This document shows, piece by piece, positions 62,101 to 64,000 of a stretch of DNA of 64,000 bases. Location: assembly GCA_030704615.1 (NCBI GenBank), contig CM060732.1, positions 42,780,001-42,844,000 on the forward strand, read 5' to 3'. Source of the stretch: Takakia lepidozioides. Lineage: Eukaryota > Plantae > Bryophyta. The position numbers and the translations under genes were made by a program. How positions within the stretch are numbered: the stretch's first letter is position 1; every line of letters begins with the position of its first letter. Under the pieces are notes generated by a model. That model worked only from the letters and a program-made list of their open reading frames with translations. It was not told where the DNA came from and did no database searches.

Positions 62101-63021
62101 TTTCAGGTGGGAATGACCACGTCCTTTTATTATGTCGTCCAGCTTGTTTCTGCGGTAAAGGGTGCTCTTCCGCGGGAATACACTCCACTTCTTCCTTGGC
62201 GCGTGGTGACGCGGCCTTCAAGCACGATGACGTGGAGTGAGCCCTGTGATGTGGCGTTGGCGCAAGGTGACGTGGCGTGAGCGCAGCGACCAGGCTCACG
62301 CCGAGGCATCCCTGAGGGCGATGTACTCGGGTGTTAGTGTACATGTGATTTTGGTGTACAAGCTTTGGATGAGAGCTGCTTAGTGCCTGATTCGTGTGTT
62401 CCTCTCGCGCGTTGCTTGCTCTTTCCACTCGCCTCTTTGTTATGCAACCTCGCTTCTTGAGAGGAAAGGAGTATATGCTTCAGGCTTGTTTTATGGTGGA
62501 GAGAAGCCGGGTACTCTAGGCGTGGTGGATCCTGCCCGCACTGTCAGGATCAGTTAGGTCTTTTCGCGGGATTTGCTCTACATCCTGCTGCCTAAGTGGT
62601 TCGCTAATGCGTGTGGGCGCTCCTCGCTTTGCCATATTTTCTCCTGCTGCTGCGATTTTGCCGTCTCACGATGTGTGTTGGGGTGTGATTGCAGGGGATG
62701 GCTGCTGTTCATGACCTGTCTTGTGTAGCTCGCAGAGAGGGGGAGAGCCTATTTCTTCAGATTAGAGTGGCACTTGCTATCGAAGCTAATCCTAGTGTAG
62801 AGGCTGACCCTGCTGCAACTTCTCAGTCTGTTGGTGTTGTTATTGTTGCTCATCCCGTTGTTTCTCACCCTGTTGACATTCTTGCTGTTGCTAACACTAC
62901 CAACGGCGCGCGGCCTGGCAGTGTTGCTTTGCCAGCGTCGCCACTTCCTGAGCCGGCTACTTGCGTTCCAGCCCTTGTTGTTTCATTGGGTTCTCCTAGT
63001 GGTAATGGAGGTTTACTATTT

Positions 63022-63455
63022 CATGAGCGCATGAGCCCATGAGCCCATGAGCCTATGAGCTCATGAGCGGACATCCGCGGAATTGGAATTTTCCTGCCTT
63101 TATTGACGGTGTTATGTCCTCTTACCTCGGTAATAGGGTCTGTTTCTCCTGGTCCAGGATGTGGAATGAGGTATTTCGGCGCCATTATTCCCAAGAGCAG
63201 TGTGCTAAAATGGTGTTTTGAAGACATCCACCGGGGTATTTCGGCACCGAAATTACCTCTTAAAATGTGATATAGTGCGGTATTTAATGGCGCAGAACGG
63301 GCTATTTGGGCGCCGAAATACCCAAGTGGAATGTGCTGAAGTGCCTTGTGCTGAAGGCTTCCATCGCGATATTTTGGTACAGTAATTCATCCGTGGAATT
63401 TTTTGAGGCCCATATAACAAGGCGCGCATTGGGCTATTTCGGCGCCAAATTTCCC
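63022..63455. repeat. CATGAGCC octamer run (63022-63068) and palindromic TATTTCGGCGCCGAAATA motifs at ~65-bp period
   Basis: Motifs at ~63172, 63237, 63303 and 63435. Confidence 0.7.
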
Positions 63456-64000
63456 AATAGGAATGTTAGAAACGGCAGGGTTTTCATGGCTTCAAGTTCT
63501 CGGCTCGATGGTGTGCATAAATTACTTGTAGGGTTCTTCAATGAAGTTTACGTCTCTTCTGCTTTTATTATACATTTTGGTTGGCGGAAGAAATGTAGGG
63601 AATCGGACAAGCAGTCTGAACACAATGATTTTTCAAATCGTCAATATTTTCATTAAGTGTTTCAGAACTGTACAACAAAAGAATCCAAATGAGACTTTGC
63701 TATGGTGAGGATCCGCTATCACTGTCCGATGCATCCCCGGCCTCATGCAAGGATGGCTGCCTTCCACCTGCCTCCGAACCTGCACTGCCGCTACCGCTGT
63801 TACTCTGAGAAGCCCTCCCCTCAAAAATACCATCCTCACCAGCCGGAACTGTCCACCTGGGTGCGGAAGTGTCCTCAACATTCCCCTCGCTCTCGGACGC
63901 GGATTCTATTACGAACTTCCCTACTCTGCCTTTTTCACAATTCTATGTTTGGCCTCACGCCTCATTATAATTCTCTGCTCATTCCCGTATGTCAATTGCT

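Larger units (their letters stand above)
50760..62340. mobile_element. Mutator-like (MULE) DNA transposon with two divergent genes; boundaries approximate
   Basis: A MULE transposase (-) and a ParB/MTase-like gene (+) are bracketed by GC-rich clusters of TGACGTGGCGTGAGC at ~50960-51115 and ~62200-62300. No clear TIR or TSD was identified. Confidence 0.6.

Noticed and set aside
61807-62280. His/Ile-rich ORFs
   Set aside because: They are translations of the CATC/CATT low-complexity repeat.

Overview
This is eukaryotic, transposon-dominated plant DNA. A bryophyte or moss-like origin is inferred from the TE types and the GT-AG intron style, and is not proven. It contains almost no intact host genes. 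Two mobile elements stand out. (1) A ~10.7 kb Ty3/Gypsy-type retroelement (17494-28220) carries a complete DNMT3-like C5-cytosine methyltransferase between protease and RT, and a PHD finger on its integrase. Its ends are not ordinary LTRs but have a split-direct-repeat layout (A1...B1-GC-A2-B2), with a 4-bp TSD and no PBS or PPT. (2) A Mutator-like (MULE) DNA transposon (~50.8-62.3 kb) has a transposase transcribed divergently from an intron-containing gene for a ParB/Srx-like domain plus a beta-class (N4C/N6A-type) DNA methyltransferase-like domain. About 14-16 copies of a 24-bp palindrome (consensus GTGAATGTCGGTACCGACATTCAC) sit in that gene's upstream region and largest intron, suggesting a transposon-borne ParB/parS-like chromatin-modifying or anti-silencing module. 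The rest is two decayed Gypsy pol copies, an RLE-type non-LTR fragment, several L1-like LINE pieces (one ORF1-only with a 10-bp TSD), palindrome arrays, a SAM+Agenet gene fragment and a GIL1/IRKI (DUF641) ORF fused to a repeat. All domain calls come from reading motifs by eye; no database searches were run.
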